The position numbers and the translations under genes are program-made. A stretch of 64,000 nucleotides of DNA from Chloroflexota bacterium (GTDB taxonomy: Bacteria; Chloroflexota; UBA11872; VXOZ01), in NCBI GenBank assembly GCA_964291655.2, contig OZ219801.1, positions 224,001-288,000 of the forward strand, written 5' to 3'. Of this stretch, positions 38,263-50,914 are shown piece by piece. The notes below the pieces were generated by a model, which saw only the letters and a program-made list of their open reading frames with translations, was not told the origin of the DNA and did not search any database. The stretch's first letter is position 1. Every line of letters begins with the position of its first letter.

Positions 38263-38554
38263 TCTTGTTTCTCTTGTATTTCGTAGTGAATTCTATGCTT
38301 GCACAGATCTATCGGGGCGTCGCAGAAGTTGATTCCGACCTACGTACACCGGTGCGATCACCCAATTCGCTATGTTATTCCGTTTGTAGCCAAAACCGTG
38401 TGGTTGTCCGCAGGTATCGTGAATGATACGATGCCGTCCAGGCGTTTCGCAACCCTTCAATTTTGCGCCTCCCAAGTGTTGAATTAGCAGCCTCATTCCT
38501 TAGCCCATCTACAATTCGCCACAGAGGCGCCAATTACGGAAACTGGATTGCTCA

Positions 38555-40153
38555 GTGTCAACCATCTCCCCGGACTACTCGGAAAACCGCCCAAACTTCC
38601 TCATAATTACAACCGATCAGCACAACCCCACCTGCCTTGGATATGCCGGACATCCTGTTGTACGGACGCCGCACATCGACGCTCTGGCAGCAAGCGGTAT
38701 GGTCTTTTCCCGCGCCTACGTTTCGAATCCGCTTTGCACGCCATCACGAGTGACGCTCTTTACCGGACTTACGACTCGGGGACATCGCGTGCGCATGAAC
38801 GGCATTCCGCTCAGCTACGATGTGCCCACCATGCCGGAAGCGCTGCGAAAGGCCGGCTATCAGACACACTACGCCGGCAAGCCCCATCTGCGCACAAGCC
38901 ACACACCGGCAGACATGCCGCTGGATCAGGTAGACCCGCATGAGTTCCCAGAAGCGCGGGACATGTGGCGCTCCGGACGCATATCGAAGCTTCCCACTCC
39001 TTATTACGGCTTTGAAGAGGTTCGATTCGTCAACGGTCATGGGCATGGATCCTGGGGCGAGTACGTGAACTGGCTCGACCGTGAGCACCCGGGCCAGGCC
39101 CACCTCTTCCACGAAAGGACGACGCTCGTACCGCCAAGTCCGGCTGCAGACTACTATTCCATGTCCTACAAGTGGGCATTGCCCGCCGAACTGCACCCGA
39201 TGACGTGGACATGTGAACGCACGATTGAGTACCTCAATCGCTACGGGCAAGCAAAGCAAGCGCAATCGCGGTCACATGGCCCCTCAACCGAGCCATTCTT
39301 GCTCTGGTGTTCGATTGCCGATCCCCATGTGCCGCTGGCGCCGCCGGAGCCCTACTGCTATCGCTACAGTCCAGATGAGGTACCGCCACCTAAACGGCGC
39401 GTCGGCGAGTTTGAAGACCTGCCGCCGCACATCGCCCGCATCTACGCACGGCCCACGAAGGGTAGCGACATTGACCCGCATCGCAATGAATGCGCGGCCC
39501 ATTACTACGGTCTCATCGAGATGATCGACGACAACGTGGGTGCAGTCCTAAGCGCACTGAGAGAGAACGGACTGGACCAGGACACGGTTGTCGTATTTGC
39601 CGCGGACCACGGAGAGGCGCTGGGCGACCATGGCATGTGGGGCAAAGGACCCTACCATTACGACAGCGTCATTCGGGTACCGCTTATCTTGAGTTGGCCG
39701 GGGCACATTGCAGCGGGTGCAACTCACGATGGTGTGGTCAGTCTGCTCGACTTTGCCCCGACCATGCTCGACATTGCAGGCGTCCCAATCCCAGAAGGCC
39801 CTGCGCCGCCACAGCTTGTGGGAACACCGCAGTTGCCGCCGTGGCCCGGGCGGAGCTTGCTGCCAGTCGCGAAAGGCGAAGATAGCGGCTCGGCTAGCGG
39901 TGCTCTCGTCGAGGACGACCAAGATGATCTCGGCTTTCGTCTACGGACGCTCGTCACCGATCGCTACCGGCTAACGGCATACTCCGGTCAAACCTACGGC
40001 GAATTCTTCGATTTGCAGGAAGACCCCGACGAAGTCCACAACCTTTGGGACGACCCAAGGCACGCCAGGGTGCGAGACGAGCTGCGAATCGCGCTTCTGG
40101 ACAGGCTCATCTCAACCGACCACGCGCTTCCCCGCCGCATGGGAGTCTCATGA
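38555..40153 (+). CDS. Sulfatase (Cys-type, formylglycine-dependent)
   Basis: PNFLIITTDQ, CTPSR, GKPH, DPH and ADHGE.LGDHG motifs. Confidence 0.93.
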   Translation: MSTISPDYSENRPNFLIITTDQHNPTCLGYAGHPVVRTPHIDALAASGMVFSRAYVSNPLCTPSRVTLFTGLTTRGHRVRMNGIPLSYDVPTMPEALRKAGYQTHYAGKPHLRTSHTPADMPLDQVDPHEFPEARDMWRSGRISKLPTPYYGFEEVRFVNGHGHGSWGEYVNWLDREHPGQAHLFHERTTLVPPSPAADYYSMSYKWALPAELHPMTWTCERTIEYLNRYGQAKQAQSRSHGPSTEPFLLWCSIADPHVPLAPPEPYCYRYSPDEVPPPKRRVGEFEDLPPHIARIYARPTKGSDIDPHRNECAAHYYGLIEMIDDNVGAVLSALRENGLDQDTVVVFAADHGEALGDHGMWGKGPYHYDSVIRVPLILSWPGHIAAGATHDGVVSLLDFAPTMLDIAGVPIPEGPAPPQLVGTPQLPPWPGRSLLPVAKGEDSGSASGALVEDDQDDLGFRLRTLVTDRYRLTAYSGQTYGEFFDLQEDPDEVHNLWDDPRHARVRDELRIALLDRLISTDHALPRRMGVS

Positions 40154-40454
40154 CCGGTTTTGATTTAGGCGAGACCCCCATGGCTTAAGAGTCGTCTCAC
40201 CGGTCCGAGGCGAGATTGCGTCGCCACTGGCGGCGCGCGGGAGCTCGATTACTTTGGCAGATCGTGCAGCTTGGATCACCAGCTCTGAATCTGTCCCGCC
40301 ACTTGCAAAATCGCCAGGCCCGCACGTCGCTGTGGGAGCGGCACGTGTCAGAATGCCAGCGGACTGCAAACTTTTGAGTCGAATGCCCTGTCGGTCAGCG
40401 GGGACCGGCGCATTCCAGTCGTCGGCAGAACTGCCACTCTGTTCAGTCGCTCTG

Positions 40455-40483
40455 TTGACAGAGGTGGGTGCAAGTGATACACT
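40455..40483 (+). promoter_or_regulatory. Near-consensus sigma70/sigmaA promoter of the str operon
   Basis: TTGACA (40455-40460), 17-bp spacer, TG-extended TACACT (40478-40483). Confidence 0.85.
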
Positions 40484-40536
40484 CTATTTTTGCGTGTAAT
40501 GTGGCTTAAGAACCCATGAATTGGTAGGTTCAAACC

Positions 40537-40995
40537 GTGCCGACAACCAATCAGCTCGTACGCAAAGGGCGAAAGACTAAAACGTTCAAAGGCAAGTCTC
40601 CGGACCTGCATTGGAACTTCAACGCTCTTAAGAATCGGTCTGTGCGCACTGATGGATCGCCACAAAAGCGCGGTGTTTGCATTTCGGTGCGTACACTGAC
40701 GCCAAGGAAGCCGAATTCCGCGCTGCGGAAGGTGGCGCGCGTGCGGTTGACCAACGGCAGGGAAGTAACGGCATACATCCCAGGCGAGGGCCACAATCTG
40801 CAGGAGCACTCGGTGGTTCTCATTCGGGGCGGACGTGTAAAGGACGTACCAGGTGTTCGCTACCACATTGTACGTGGCACTTTGGACGCTGAAGGCGTTT
40901 ACACACACGCAGGTGCGCCCCAGGACCGCAATAAGAGTCGCTCCAAGTACGGGACAAGACGCTCAAGACCGGTTGCGGGGGCCGGTGCCTCCTAG
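40537..40995 (+). CDS. rpsL: 30S ribosomal protein uS12
   Basis: [19 protein letters not shown] and [12 protein letters not shown] motifs. Confidence 0.98.
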   Translation: MPTTNQLVRKGRKTKTFKGKSPDLHWNFNALKNRSVRTDGSPQKRGVCISVRTLTPRKPNSALRKVARVRLTNGREVTAYIPGEGHNLQEHSVVLIRGGRVKDVPGVRYHIVRGTLDAEGVYTHAGAPQDRNKSRSKYGTRRSRPVAGAGAS

Positions 40996-41100
40996 GCAAA
41001 CTCCCGCTGAGTATGTAACGCAACGATAAAGTTTCTTGCAGCTGTTGTTGGCATCGACATCGAAGCTGACAACGCTGCTGTGCGTAAGGGGCAATTGAGA

Positions 41101-41571
41101 ATGCCACGGCGAGAAAGAGTGACAAAGCGGAAGATTCCGCCGGACCCAAAGTTTCGCAGTGTTACGTTGCAGCAGTTTATAAATAAGCTGATGCAGTGCG
41201 GCAAGAAGAGCACGACGGAGAGGTTTGTGTATCACGCCTTCGATATCATCGAGTCGCGTACCGGCCGTTCCGGTCTGGATGTATTCGATCTAGCGGTGCG
41301 TAATGTTACGCCCCTGGTCGAAGTGCGACCGCGCCGCGTCGGCGGAGCCACGTACCAGGTTCCGATGGAGATACCTAGCGGTCGGCGGCTCTCTTTGGCA
41401 CTGCGGTGGATCGTGCGGTATTCTCGCGAGCGTCGAGGACCGAGCATGGCAATCAAGCTTGCGGAGGAACTCATCGACGCTGCCGACGGCCAGGGCGCGT
41501 CTATTCGACGCCGCGATGAAACGCATCGCATGGCAGAGGCCAACAAGGCATTCTCGCATTACCGCTGGTAA
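41101..41571 (+). CDS. rpsG: 30S ribosomal protein uS7
   Basis: [15 protein letters not shown] and [10 protein letters not shown] motifs. Confidence 0.98.
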   Translation: MPRRERVTKRKIPPDPKFRSVTLQQFINKLMQCGKKSTTERFVYHAFDIIESRTGRSGLDVFDLAVRNVTPLVEVRPRRVGGATYQVPMEIPSGRRLSLALRWIVRYSRERRGPSMAIKLAEELIDAADGQGASIRRRDETHRMAEANKAFSHYRW

Positions 41572-41645
41572 GCGTGAGATTTCCGGTGAATAAAGTGATA
41601 GTTGTAGAAGAATATAACCTTAGCGAGGCACCAAGAACTTAGCGC

Positions 41646-43718
41646 ATGGAACGTCAATTCCCAATAGAGAAATACCGCAATATCGGCATCATTGCCCACA
41701 TTGACGCCGGAAAGACCACCACCACCGAGCGGGTGCTCTTCTACTCAGGGCGTATTCATCGCATGGGCGAGGTGCATGAAGGTACCACGGCCATGGACTT
41801 CATGGTGCAGGAGCGGGAACGCGGCATTACGATCACAGCCGCGGCCACGACTTCCATGTGGCGCGACCATCGCGTCAACATCATCGATACACCTGGGCAC
41901 GTCGACTTTACCGCCGAGGTTGAGCGCTCATTGCGGGTTCTTGACGGCGGTGTTGTGGTGTTTGACGCGGTATCGGGGGTTGAAGCGCAATCGGAAACTG
42001 TGTGGCGTCAGGCAGATCGCTATGGTGTGCCGCGCATCTGTTTTATAAATAAGATGGATCGCATCGGCGCCGACTTTTGGAATTGCATAGAGATGATCCG
42101 CGATCGGCTGAAAGCACAGCCGGTACCTATCCAAATTCCGATTGGCGCGGAGGATTCATTCGTCGGGATGATCGACCTGTTTTCCATGAAAGCTGTCACC
42201 TTTTCAGACGAGCTTGGGGCAAAGCCCACCATCATGGAAATTCCGGGTGAACTCCTCACTGAAGCCGAGCAGCGCAGGCACGAAATGATCGAGGCGATCG
42301 CTGAGCAGGATGAGGAACTCTTACTGAAGTATCTCAATGACGAGGAGATATCAATCGAAGAGTTGAAGTCTGCTTTGCGCCGGGCAACGTGCCGTGTCGC
42401 GCTTGTCCCCGTTCTGTGCGGCGCCGCGCTCCGCAACAAAGGCGTGCAGCCATTGCTCGACGCCGTGGTAGATTACTTGCCATCTCCAACTGAGGTGCCG
42501 CCTATTCAAGGCTTGGCGCCGCATTCCGGTTTGGAAGAATCGCGGCCCTCCAGCGATGACGCTCCTTTTGCGGCTTTGGCGTTCAAGGTAGTTACCGATC
42601 CATTTAGCGGGAGGCTGGTTTACCTGCGCGTTTACTCAGGCACGGCAGACGCCGGAGCGCAGATGCTCAATGCGAGCCAGGACCGTCGTGAGCGGCTTGG
42701 GCGTCTCCTCTTTATGCATGCGGACAAACGAGAAGATGTATCAGCCATCTTTGCCGGTGATATTGTGGCCGCCGTTGGACTCAAGAATACTTTTACAGGC
42801 GACACCCTCTGCCAAATAAACCATCCAATTACCTTTGAATCCATCCGCTTCCCGGATCCTGTGCTGCATATGGCAATTGAACCCAAGAGCCGCCTCGATG
42901 AAGATAAGCTTTCCACGGCGCTGCGCCGCCTTTCCGAAGAGGACCCGACGTTTCGTGCCGGACAAGATCCGCAAACCGGGGAAACTATCATTGGTGGCAT
43001 GGGCGAATTGCACTTGGAAGTCATTGCAGATCGGCTGCTGCGGGAGTTTAATGTCGAGGCTTCGCTCGGCGCCCCTCAAGTGGCGTACAAAGAGACAGTT
43101 CAAAACTCTGTCGAGCAAGAAGGGCGCTTCATTAGACAGACCGGCGGCAGAGGCCAGTACGGCCACGTCTGGCTACGGATTGAGCCGCTAGAGAGCGGCG
43201 CCGGCATTCAAATTGAAAACAAGATCGTTGGCGGCACCATCCCAAAGGAATACGTCCCGGCGGTACAATCCGGCATTAGGGATAGCTTGTTAGCGGGTCC
43301 ACTCGGGTATCCGGTAGTTGACGTGCGAGTTACGATATTTGATGGGTCGTTTCATCCTGTAGACTCATCTGAGCTTGCGTTCCATAACGCCGCCGTCATG
43401 GGGATGCGCGAGGGGCTGGTAAAGGCCCGCCCCGTCACGCTCGAGCCGATTATGCAGGTGGAAGTAATGATCCCTGAGGAATTCCTCGGCGAAATTTCAG
43501 GCGCGCTCAATGCGCGGCGCGGAAGCATTGACGAAATTCAGACGCGGCTTGGAACCAAAGTCATTCAGGCTAAGGTGCCACTCGCAACGATGTTCGGTTA
43601 CGTAAACAACTTGCGTTCCAGCACCCAGGGACGCGGTACGTATTCCATGCAATTCTCGCATTACCAGGAACTGGTGCAAAGTGCCCGCGAATTGGTCGCG
43701 AGAGCCGGCAGAAACTAA
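41646..43718 (+). CDS. fusA: Elongation factor G
   Basis: [22 protein letters not shown] and GMGELHL motifs. Confidence 0.99.
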   Translation: MERQFPIEKYRNIGIIAHIDAGKTTTTERVLFYSGRIHRMGEVHEGTTAMDFMVQERERGITITAAATTSMWRDHRVNIIDTPGHVDFTAEVERSLRVLDGGVVVFDAVSGVEAQSETVWRQADRYGVPRICFINKMDRIGADFWNCIEMIRDRLKAQPVPIQIPIGAEDSFVGMIDLFSMKAVTFSDELGAKPTIMEIPGELLTEAEQRRHEMIEAIAEQDEELLLKYLNDEEISIEELKSALRRATCRVALVPVLCGAALRNKGVQPLLDAVVDYLPSPTEVPPIQGLAPHSGLEESRPSSDDAPFAALAFKVVTDPFSGRLVYLRVYSGTADAGAQMLNASQDRRERLGRLLFMHADKREDVSAIFAGDIVAAVGLKNTFTGDTLCQINHPITFESIRFPDPVLHMAIEPKSRLDEDKLSTALRRLSEEDPTFRAGQDPQTGETIIGGMGELHLEVIADRLLREFNVEASLGAPQVAYKETVQNSVEQEGRFIRQTGGRGQYGHVWLRIEPLESGAGIQIENKIVGGTIPKEYVPAVQSGIRDSLLAGPLGYPVVDVRVTIFDGSFHPVDSSELAFHNAAVMGMREGLVKARPVTLEPIMQVEVMIPEEFLGEISGALNARRGSIDEIQTRLGTKVIQAKVPLATMFGYVNNLRSSTQGRGTYSMQFSHYQELVQSARELVARAGRN

Positions 43719-43755
43719 CTCATTGTCGGAATGAAGAGAAGGAGAGAGCAAGAGG

Positions 43756-44958
<1,203 letters not shown>

Positions 44959-44960
44959 CC

Positions 44961-45272
44961 ATGGCGCAGCAAACCATCCGCATTCGACTAAAGGCTTTCG
45001 ACCACAAAGTCCTCGATCAGTCAGCGGGACAGATCGTGAGCGCGGCTCAGGGAACCGGCGCCAGAATAGCGGGGCCCATCCCTCTGCCAACCGAGATAAA
45101 CAAGTTCACGGTCATACGGTCCGCGTTCATCGACAAGGATTCACGCGAGCAATTTGAAATACGCACGCATAAGCGTCTCATAGACGTGCTAGAGCCGAAT
45201 GCAAAAACGATGGATGCCCTGCTGCGGTTAGAATTGCCGGCAGGTGTAGACATTGAAATGAAGTCAATGTAG
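44961..45272 (+). CDS. rpsJ: 30S ribosomal protein uS10
   Basis: [17 protein letters not shown] and [12 protein letters not shown] motifs. Confidence 0.98.
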   Translation: MAQQTIRIRLKAFDHKVLDQSAGQIVSAAQGTGARIAGPIPLPTEINKFTVIRSAFIDKDSREQFEIRTHKRLIDVLEPNAKTMDALLRLELPAGVDIEMKSM

Positions 45273-45285
45273 AGGTTTGCTCGGT

Positions 45286-45951
45286 ATGTCAATCGGTCTG
45301 ATCGGTAAGAAAATCGGAATGACGCAAGTATTCGACAGCGAGGGCGCTGCGGTGCCGGTTACGGCGGTGCAAGCTGGCCCTTGTACGGTCGTGCAAGTCA
45401 AGACTGCTGCGGGAGCGGATGGCTACAATGCCGTTCAGCTCGGCTTTGGTGAGAGGTTGAAGAAGATTTCAAGCCCTGCCCGCGGCCACGTCGAAAAGCA
45501 CCTTGGCGACGATGCGTCAGTCCCGCGCGATCTCCACGAATTTCGGGTTGCTGACCCCAGCGCGTATGAGGCTGGGCAAACGCTCGATGTTGAACTGTTC
45601 GCCGAAGGTCAGACTGTGGATGTTTCCGGCGTTTCAAAGGGTAAAGGGTTCGCCGGCGTCATGCGCAGGCACAATTTCAGCGGACAACAAAAGACGCACG
45701 GCCAGTCCGATCGATGGCGCGCCCCAGGCGCCGTCGGGATGGGCACGACCCCGGGCCGGGTGTGGAAAGGCCAGAAGATGGCCGGGCGGATGGGGCAGGA
45801 CCTCGTAACGGTGCAGAACTTAGAGGTCGTCAGAATTGTAGCGGATCAAGACATTCTGCTGATAAAGGGTGCGATTCCTGGTGGACCGGGTACCCTCGTT
45901 ACGGTTCGTCCGGCAGTGAAGTCTCCCGGATCCCCTCAAGCAAGCGAGTAA
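45286..45951 (+). CDS. rplC: 50S ribosomal protein uL3
   Basis: GKKIGMTQ, SKGKGFAG and KMAGRMG motifs. Confidence 0.98.
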   Translation: MSIGLIGKKIGMTQVFDSEGAAVPVTAVQAGPCTVVQVKTAAGADGYNAVQLGFGERLKKISSPARGHVEKHLGDDASVPRDLHEFRVADPSAYEAGQTLDVELFAEGQTVDVSGVSKGKGFAGVMRRHNFSGQQKTHGQSDRWRAPGAVGMGTTPGRVWKGQKMAGRMGQDLVTVQNLEVVRIVADQDILLIKGAIPGGPGTLVTVRPAVKSPGSPQASE

Positions 45952-45957
45952 AACGCA

Positions 45958-46584
45958 GTGGACGTACAGATTCTCGACAATCAAGGTAAACCGACCGGAG
46001 AGACGACACTCCCGGATGCAATCTTCGGGGTAGCGCCGCAGCAGGCCCTCGTGCATCAAGCGGTCGTCCGCGATGAGGCCGGGCAGCGGCTTGGCACTGC
46101 CAGCACGAAGACCCGCAGCGACGTGCGGGGAGGCGGCCGAAAGCCCTGGCGTCAAAAGCACACGGGCAGGGCTCGGCACGGCAGCCGGCGATCGCCGATC
46201 TGGCGCACAGGCGGCGTAACATTTGGCCCGCACCCACGCGACTATCATCTTGCAATGCCGCGAAAGATGTGGCGCAAGGCAATGTTTTCTGCTCTGTCAT
46301 CTAAAGCGCAACTCAATCGGCTAATCGTAGTCGCTGAATTTCGGAGTGAGAAGATAAGCACGAAAGACCAGGTTGCGTTCTTGGATGTGTTGGGCGTTGA
46401 TTCCAGCGCTCTCTACGTGACGGAGGCGCCAACGGAAGAGCTCCTTCTCTCCATACGCAATGTGCCCGGCGTTGAAGTTGCAACGCCGAACACACTGAGC
46501 GTACGAGACGTGGTGGTATTTGACCACCTTATATTCGATACCGATGCCGTCGCCGCGTGCGAAGTACTCTGGGGACAATCATGA
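45958..46584 (+). CDS. rplD: 50S ribosomal protein uL4
   Basis: TKTRSDVRGGGRKPWRQKHTGRAR motif. Confidence 0.98.
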   Translation: MDVQILDNQGKPTGETTLPDAIFGVAPQQALVHQAVVRDEAGQRLGTASTKTRSDVRGGGRKPWRQKHTGRARHGSRRSPIWRTGGVTFGPHPRDYHLAMPRKMWRKAMFSALSSKAQLNRLIVVAEFRSEKISTKDQVAFLDVLGVDSSALYVTEAPTEELLLSIRNVPGVEVATPNTLSVRDVVVFDHLIFDTDAVAACEVLWGQS

Positions 46585-46868
46585 AGACTGCTCAAGAGAT
46601 TCTCATTAGGCCGCTCATTACCGAGAAGGGCACGCTGCTTGCGGACCAGAACAAATATCTCTTTGCCGTGGCACTCGATTCCACCAAGATCGACGTGCGC
46701 CGAGCGGTTGAACAGACATTTGACGTGACGGTGTTAGCCGTCAATGTTGTGAACGTTCCAGGTAAGGAGAAGCGGTTTGGCAGGCACCGTTACCGGACAC
46801 CGCGTTGGCGTAAGGCGATAGTGACATTGCAGCAAGGTCAGACAATTGACCTCTTCAGCGGCGTCTAA
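46581..46868 (+). CDS. rplW: 50S ribosomal protein uL23
   Basis: RPLITEK and WRKAIVTL motifs; ATGA overlap with rplD. Confidence 0.97.
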   Translation: MKTAQEILIRPLITEKGTLLADQNKYLFAVALDSTKIDVRRAVEQTFDVTVLAVNVVNVPGKEKRFGRHRYRTPRWRKAIVTLQQGQTIDLFSGV

Positions 46869-46881
46869 GGGAGGATAGGCA

Positions 46882-47712
46882 ATGCCAGTAAAATCTTATA
46901 AGCCCACCTCCGCCGGTCGGCGCGGCATGACTGCGGTAGCAAACGATGACATCACCAAGACGAAACCGGAACGGCAGCTTACGAAAGGCAAGAAGCAAAA
47001 GGCCGGACGCAATGTTTCCGGGAAGCTAACGGTTCGCCATCGCGGCGGCGGCCACAAGCGACGGTATAGGACTATCGACTTCAAACGTGATAAGATAGGG
47101 ATTCCTGGCACTGTAAAGGCGATTGAATATGACCCGAATCGAAGCGCTCGAATTGCGTTGATCGCATATCATGACGGAGAGAAGCGCTACATACTTGCCG
47201 CGGCCAGGATGAATGTCGGCGACACGATCGTAGCGGGGCCTGATGCGCCAATTAGTCCCGGTAACAGTCTACCGCTGGGGAGCATTCCGGCAGGTACGGC
47301 AGTGTACAATGTGGAACTTCGAGCCGGTCGCGGGGGACAGCTTGCGCGCAGTGCCGGTTCGTCTGTACAGCTCATGACGAAAGAAAGCGAATTTGCCGTC
47401 ATCAGAATGCCATCAGGAGAGATACGGCGCGTGCACTTGTCGTGCACGGCGACCGTCGGTCAGGCAAGCAATGTCGACCATATGGGTACCACTACCGGCA
47501 AAGCGGGACGGGCACGCTGGCGAGGTCGCCGTCCCACTGTTCGTGGTTCTGCCATGAACCCATCGGATCATCCTCACGGCGGCGGCGAGGGCAAAGCGCC
47601 CATCGGCATGCCGGGACCGAAGACCCCGTGGGGAAAGCCTGCGCTTGGCCTGCGTACACGCAAGCGCAAGCCTTCGGACAAGTTTATTTTACGGCGTCGA
47701 AGTTCACGCTAG
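46882..47712 (+). CDS. rplB: 50S ribosomal protein uL2
   Basis: EYDPNRSA and [13 protein letters not shown] motifs. Confidence 0.99.
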   Translation: MPVKSYKPTSAGRRGMTAVANDDITKTKPERQLTKGKKQKAGRNVSGKLTVRHRGGGHKRRYRTIDFKRDKIGIPGTVKAIEYDPNRSARIALIAYHDGEKRYILAAARMNVGDTIVAGPDAPISPGNSLPLGSIPAGTAVYNVELRAGRGGQLARSAGSSVQLMTKESEFAVIRMPSGEIRRVHLSCTATVGQASNVDHMGTTTGKAGRARWRGRRPTVRGSAMNPSDHPHGGGEGKAPIGMPGPKTPWGKPALGLRTRKRKPSDKFILRRRSSR

Positions 47713-47727
47713 GGGGAGTTTCGCAGT

Positions 47728-48009
47728 ATGTCGCGGTCGCTAAAAAAAGGACCTTTTGTCGAGCCAAAACTGCTGAAACGGATTCAGACCATGAACGATA
47801 GCGGTCAAAAGCGCGTGCTGCGCACATGGTCGCGAGCGTCTACGATCTTTCCCGATATGGTTGGGCACACAATCGCCGTACATGACGGCAGACGGCACGT
47901 ACCGGTCTACATTACTGAGAACATGGTAGGACACAAATTGGGTGAATTTGCGCCGACCCGGCACTTTCGCGGCCATTCGCGCGAAGATCGGGCGACCCAA
48001 ATTCGCTAG
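47728..48009 (+). CDS. rpsS: 30S ribosomal protein uS19
   Basis: RSLKKGPFV and [13 protein letters not shown] motifs. Confidence 0.98.
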   Translation: MSRSLKKGPFVEPKLLKRIQTMNDSGQKRVLRTWSRASTIFPDMVGHTIAVHDGRRHVPVYITENMVGHKLGEFAPTRHFRGHSREDRATQIR

Positions 48010-48027
48010 GAGCTGAGGACAGTACGG

Positions 48028-48381
48028 ATGCAAGTACGAGCAACGGCAAAATATCTACGCGTGTCGCCACGCAAAGCACGGCGCGTCGCCGCTACGGTGA
48101 CCGGCAGGCCTGCTGGAGAAGCACTGGCGATCTTGCGTTTCTTGCCAAGTCCAACCGCGCGCACGCTCGCGAAGGTCGTGCGCTCCGCCGTCGCAAACGC
48201 GGAAAATACCCATAATTTGGATCCGTCTGGATTGACGGTTGCAAACGTACTCGTAGACAAGGGCCCGGCATTCAAGCGGATCGATCCAAAGTCACGAGGC
48301 CAATGGGGCCTCTTGAAGCGGCGCACAAGCCACGTAACCGTAATCGTGGAAAACGAGGAGAACCTGAGCAGTGGGGCGTAA
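48028..48381 (+). CDS. rplV: 50S ribosomal protein uL22
   Basis: RVSPRKAR, SAVANAE and RTSHVTV motifs. Confidence 0.97.
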   Translation: MQVRATAKYLRVSPRKARRVAATVTGRPAGEALAILRFLPSPTARTLAKVVRSAVANAENTHNLDPSGLTVANVLVDKGPAFKRIDPKSRGQWGLLKRRTSHVTVIVENEENLSSGA

Positions 48382-49222
48382 AGTTCACCCAGTCGGATTT
48401 CGCTTGGGCTTCAACCGCACGTGGAGCAGCCGGTGGTATGCCGGTAAAGAGTATGCATCACTGGTCGAAGAGGATACTCGAATTCGCAAGATGGTCCTTG
48501 CGCAGTTCGACCAGCCACGTGCAGTCGCCACGAGTGGTAGGCGCTCGAGCATGGGAGCCGGTATTTCGCAGGTCGATATAGAGCGAGCCGGAACTACCAT
48601 CAAGGTAGACATCCATACAGCGCGGCCAGGCATTGTCATTGGGCGCGGCGGGGCCGCTCAGGCGCAGTTACGCAAGGACCTGCGCGAGCTCACGGGCAAG
48701 AACGTTCGGACAAACATTATCGAAATAAGACAGCCGGAGACCAATGCATTCCTCGTAGCCCAGGCAGTAGCAGAACAGCTACAGCGGCGCGTTTCGCCCC
48801 GCCGAGCAATTAAAATGGCTGCCGATCGCGTGGTGCGATCCGGAGCAATCGGGGTGAAGCTAATGGTTGGCGGTCGCCTTGGCGGCGCTGAAATGTCACG
48901 GAGTGAAAAGGAAATTCGGGGAACGGTGCCGCTGCAGACGCTGCGAGCCAACATTGACTACGGCTTTACGCAAGCTGCAACAACCTACGGAATTCTGGGC
49001 GTGAAGGTGTGGATCTATACCGGGGACCTAACCCCAGAGGAATTCTATGCTCGGCAGGAAGCAGCCACGCCGGAAGAGACCCCATCGCCGCCGCCCCGAC
49101 GACGACGGCGGCGCCCGCGGCGCGTTTCGGACCGCTCTTCGGACAGAGGCGGCGATCAGGGAAACCGACAGCGGCGCCCTCCAAATGACCGGAATGCCAG
49201 TGCTAATGGACCGAGCGAGTAA
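48371..49222 (+). CDS. rpsC: 30S ribosomal protein uS3 with Arg/Pro-rich C-terminal tail
   Basis: [27 protein letters not shown] and GVKVWI motifs. Confidence 0.98.
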   Translation: MGRKVHPVGFRLGFNRTWSSRWYAGKEYASLVEEDTRIRKMVLAQFDQPRAVATSGRRSSMGAGISQVDIERAGTTIKVDIHTARPGIVIGRGGAAQAQLRKDLRELTGKNVRTNIIEIRQPETNAFLVAQAVAEQLQRRVSPRRAIKMAADRVVRSGAIGVKLMVGGRLGGAEMSRSEKEIRGTVPLQTLRANIDYGFTQAATTYGILGVKVWIYTGDLTPEEFYARQEAATPEETPSPPPRRRRRRPRRVSDRSSDRGGDQGNRQRRPPNDRNASANGPSE

Positions 49223-49230
49223 AGCCAACC

Positions 49231-49653
49231 ATGTTGATGCCTAAACGAACAAAACACCGAAAAATGCATCGCGGTCACCGCCGTGGCAAGGCATTTCGAG
49301 GATCCACGCTCGCTTTTGGCGATTTCGCTCTTCAAGCGCTCGAAGGAGGCTGGGTTGACAATCGTCAAATCGAAGCAGCGCGACGTGCGGTTACGCACCA
49401 TATCCGCCGCGGCGGGCAAATGTGGATTCGCATATTCCCCGACAAGGGACTGAGCAAGAAGCCGGTTGAAGTACGAATGGGGGGCGGCAAAGGTCCACCG
49501 GAAGAGTGGGTAGCTATCGTAAAGCCCGGCCGCATTCTCTTTGAACTCACCGGAGTGCCGGAAGATGTAGCACAGGAAGCTATGTTGCGGGCCGCGCATA
49601 AGCTGTCTGTGAAGACGCGCTTCATATCACGGGAAACCCCAGAGATTATATAG
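49231..49653 (+). CDS. rplP: 50S ribosomal protein uL16
   Basis: MLMPKRTK and RMGGGKG motifs. Confidence 0.98.
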   Translation: MLMPKRTKHRKMHRGHRRGKAFRGSTLAFGDFALQALEGGWVDNRQIEAARRAVTHHIRRGGQMWIRIFPDKGLSKKPVEVRMGGGKGPPEEWVAIVKPGRILFELTGVPEDVAQEAMLRAAHKLSVKTRFISRETPEII

Positions 49654-49674
49654 TAGGAAACGAGAACGTTACGG

Positions 49675-49878
49675 ATGACGAAACCAGCGGAATTGCGCGC
49701 ACTGAGTGCGGAAGACCTGCAAGAGCGGTTGGAAGAGGCACAAGAAGAGCTCTTCAGCTTGCGCTCCCAGCAGGCCACGGTGCAGATGGAAAACCCAGCT
49801 CGCTTTGGCATCCTATTTAGCGAAATTGCGCGTATTAAGACTATCTTGCATGAGAAAGCGCTCGGCATCACCAGCTAA
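49675..49878 (+). CDS. rpmC: 50S ribosomal protein uL29
   Basis: ELR.LS..EL..LR and IARIKTIL; conserved position. Confidence 0.95.
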   Translation: MTKPAELRALSAEDLQERLEEAQEELFSLRSQQATVQMENPARFGILFSEIARIKTILHEKALGITS

Positions 49879-49898
49879 TTGAGAGCAGAGATAAAGAT

Positions 49899-50216
49899 AT
49901 GACAGAAGCGTCGAAATCAACCGGTCGCCGGAAACAACGCAAAGGGATCGTCATCAGCGACAAGATGGACAAGTCCGTCGTCGTTGCAGTGATGCGCGTG
50001 CGCCGACATCCGTTGTATAAGAAGACCGTGCGCAGCACGAAAAAGTACCACGCGCACAGTCCTCAAAACGATGTCCACATTGGTGATCGCGTGCTCATCG
50101 AGGAAACACGACCCCTCTCTAAACGTAAGCACTGGCGGGTAGTAGAAGTGCTTGATAGAGGCGAGCAGGTGCCGTTGGCGGAGCCTGCAGACGTTCTCGC
50201 AGAGGCAGTGAAATGA
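49899..50216 (+). CDS. rpsQ: 30S ribosomal protein uS17
   Basis: SDKMDKS, HPLYKK and ETRPLSK motifs. Confidence 0.98.
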   Translation: MTEASKSTGRRKQRKGIVISDKMDKSVVVAVMRVRRHPLYKKTVRSTKKYHAHSPQNDVHIGDRVLIEETRPLSKRKHWRVVEVLDRGEQVPLAEPADVLAEAVK

Positions 50217-50581
50217 TCCGAACAACATCAAGGCTACGAGTGGCCGATAACTCCGGCGCCCGCGAGATTATGTGTATCCGCGTCCTGGGCGGTTCGCGGC
50301 GCAAGTATGGAGGCATCGGCAGTATCGTAGTGGCTTCCGTGAAGGAAGCAGTGCCCCTCAGCCAAGTGCGCGAAGGCGAAGTTGTGCGCGCGCTCATTGT
50401 GCGTACGGCGAAGGAGTATCGGCGTACCGATGGATCGAGCATTCGGTTTGACGACAATGCCGCCGTGCTCTTAGGCCCCCAGAACATGCCCCGGGGCACG
50501 CGCATCTTTGGGCCCGTCGCCAGAGAATTGCGAGAGATGGGCTTCATGCGCATCATCTCCCAAGCGCCGGAGGTCCTCTAG
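50213..50581 (+). CDS. rplN: 50S ribosomal protein uL14
   Basis: VADNSGA, FDDNA and [12 protein letters not shown] motifs. Confidence 0.98.
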   Translation: MIRTTSRLRVADNSGAREIMCIRVLGGSRRKYGGIGSIVVASVKEAVPLSQVREGEVVRALIVRTAKEYRRTDGSSIRFDDNAAVLLGPQNMPRGTRIFGPVARELREMGFMRIISQAPEVL

Positions 50582-50584
50582 ATC

Positions 50585-50905
50585 ATGCAGCGAATTCACT
50601 CTGGCGATCAGGTGGAAGTTACCGCCGGCAAGGACCGCGGCAAGCGAGGCCGCGTGATGCGGGTAATCAATGCGGACCATGCCGTTGTGGTAGAGGGCGT
50701 CAATGTCGTCAAACGCCACCAGCGGCCGATGCCGCCAATGCAACCGGGAGGCATCATCGAGATGCCGGCTCCATTGGCAGAATCGAACTTGATGGTGGTG
50801 TGCCCGCATTGCGACCAGGCAACGCGCGTTGGCTATCGCATCCTCGACGACGGCAGCAAGGGACGCTTGTGTAAGCATTGCCAAGAGATCATTGGCCAAG
50901 AGTAA
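50585..50905 (+). CDS. rplX: 50S ribosomal protein uL24
   Basis: KOW motif GDQVEVTAGKDRGKRG and VEGVN. Confidence 0.97.
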   Translation: MQRIHSGDQVEVTAGKDRGKRGRVMRVINADHAVVVEGVNVVKRHQRPMPPMQPGGIIEMPAPLAESNLMVVCPHCDQATRVGYRILDDGSKGRLCKHCQEIIGQE

Positions 50906-50914
50906 GGACTATCC

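Noticed and set aside
49050-49222. Arg/Pro-rich C-terminal tail of uS3
   Set aside because: Low-complexity uS3 tails are common in many bacterial lineages.
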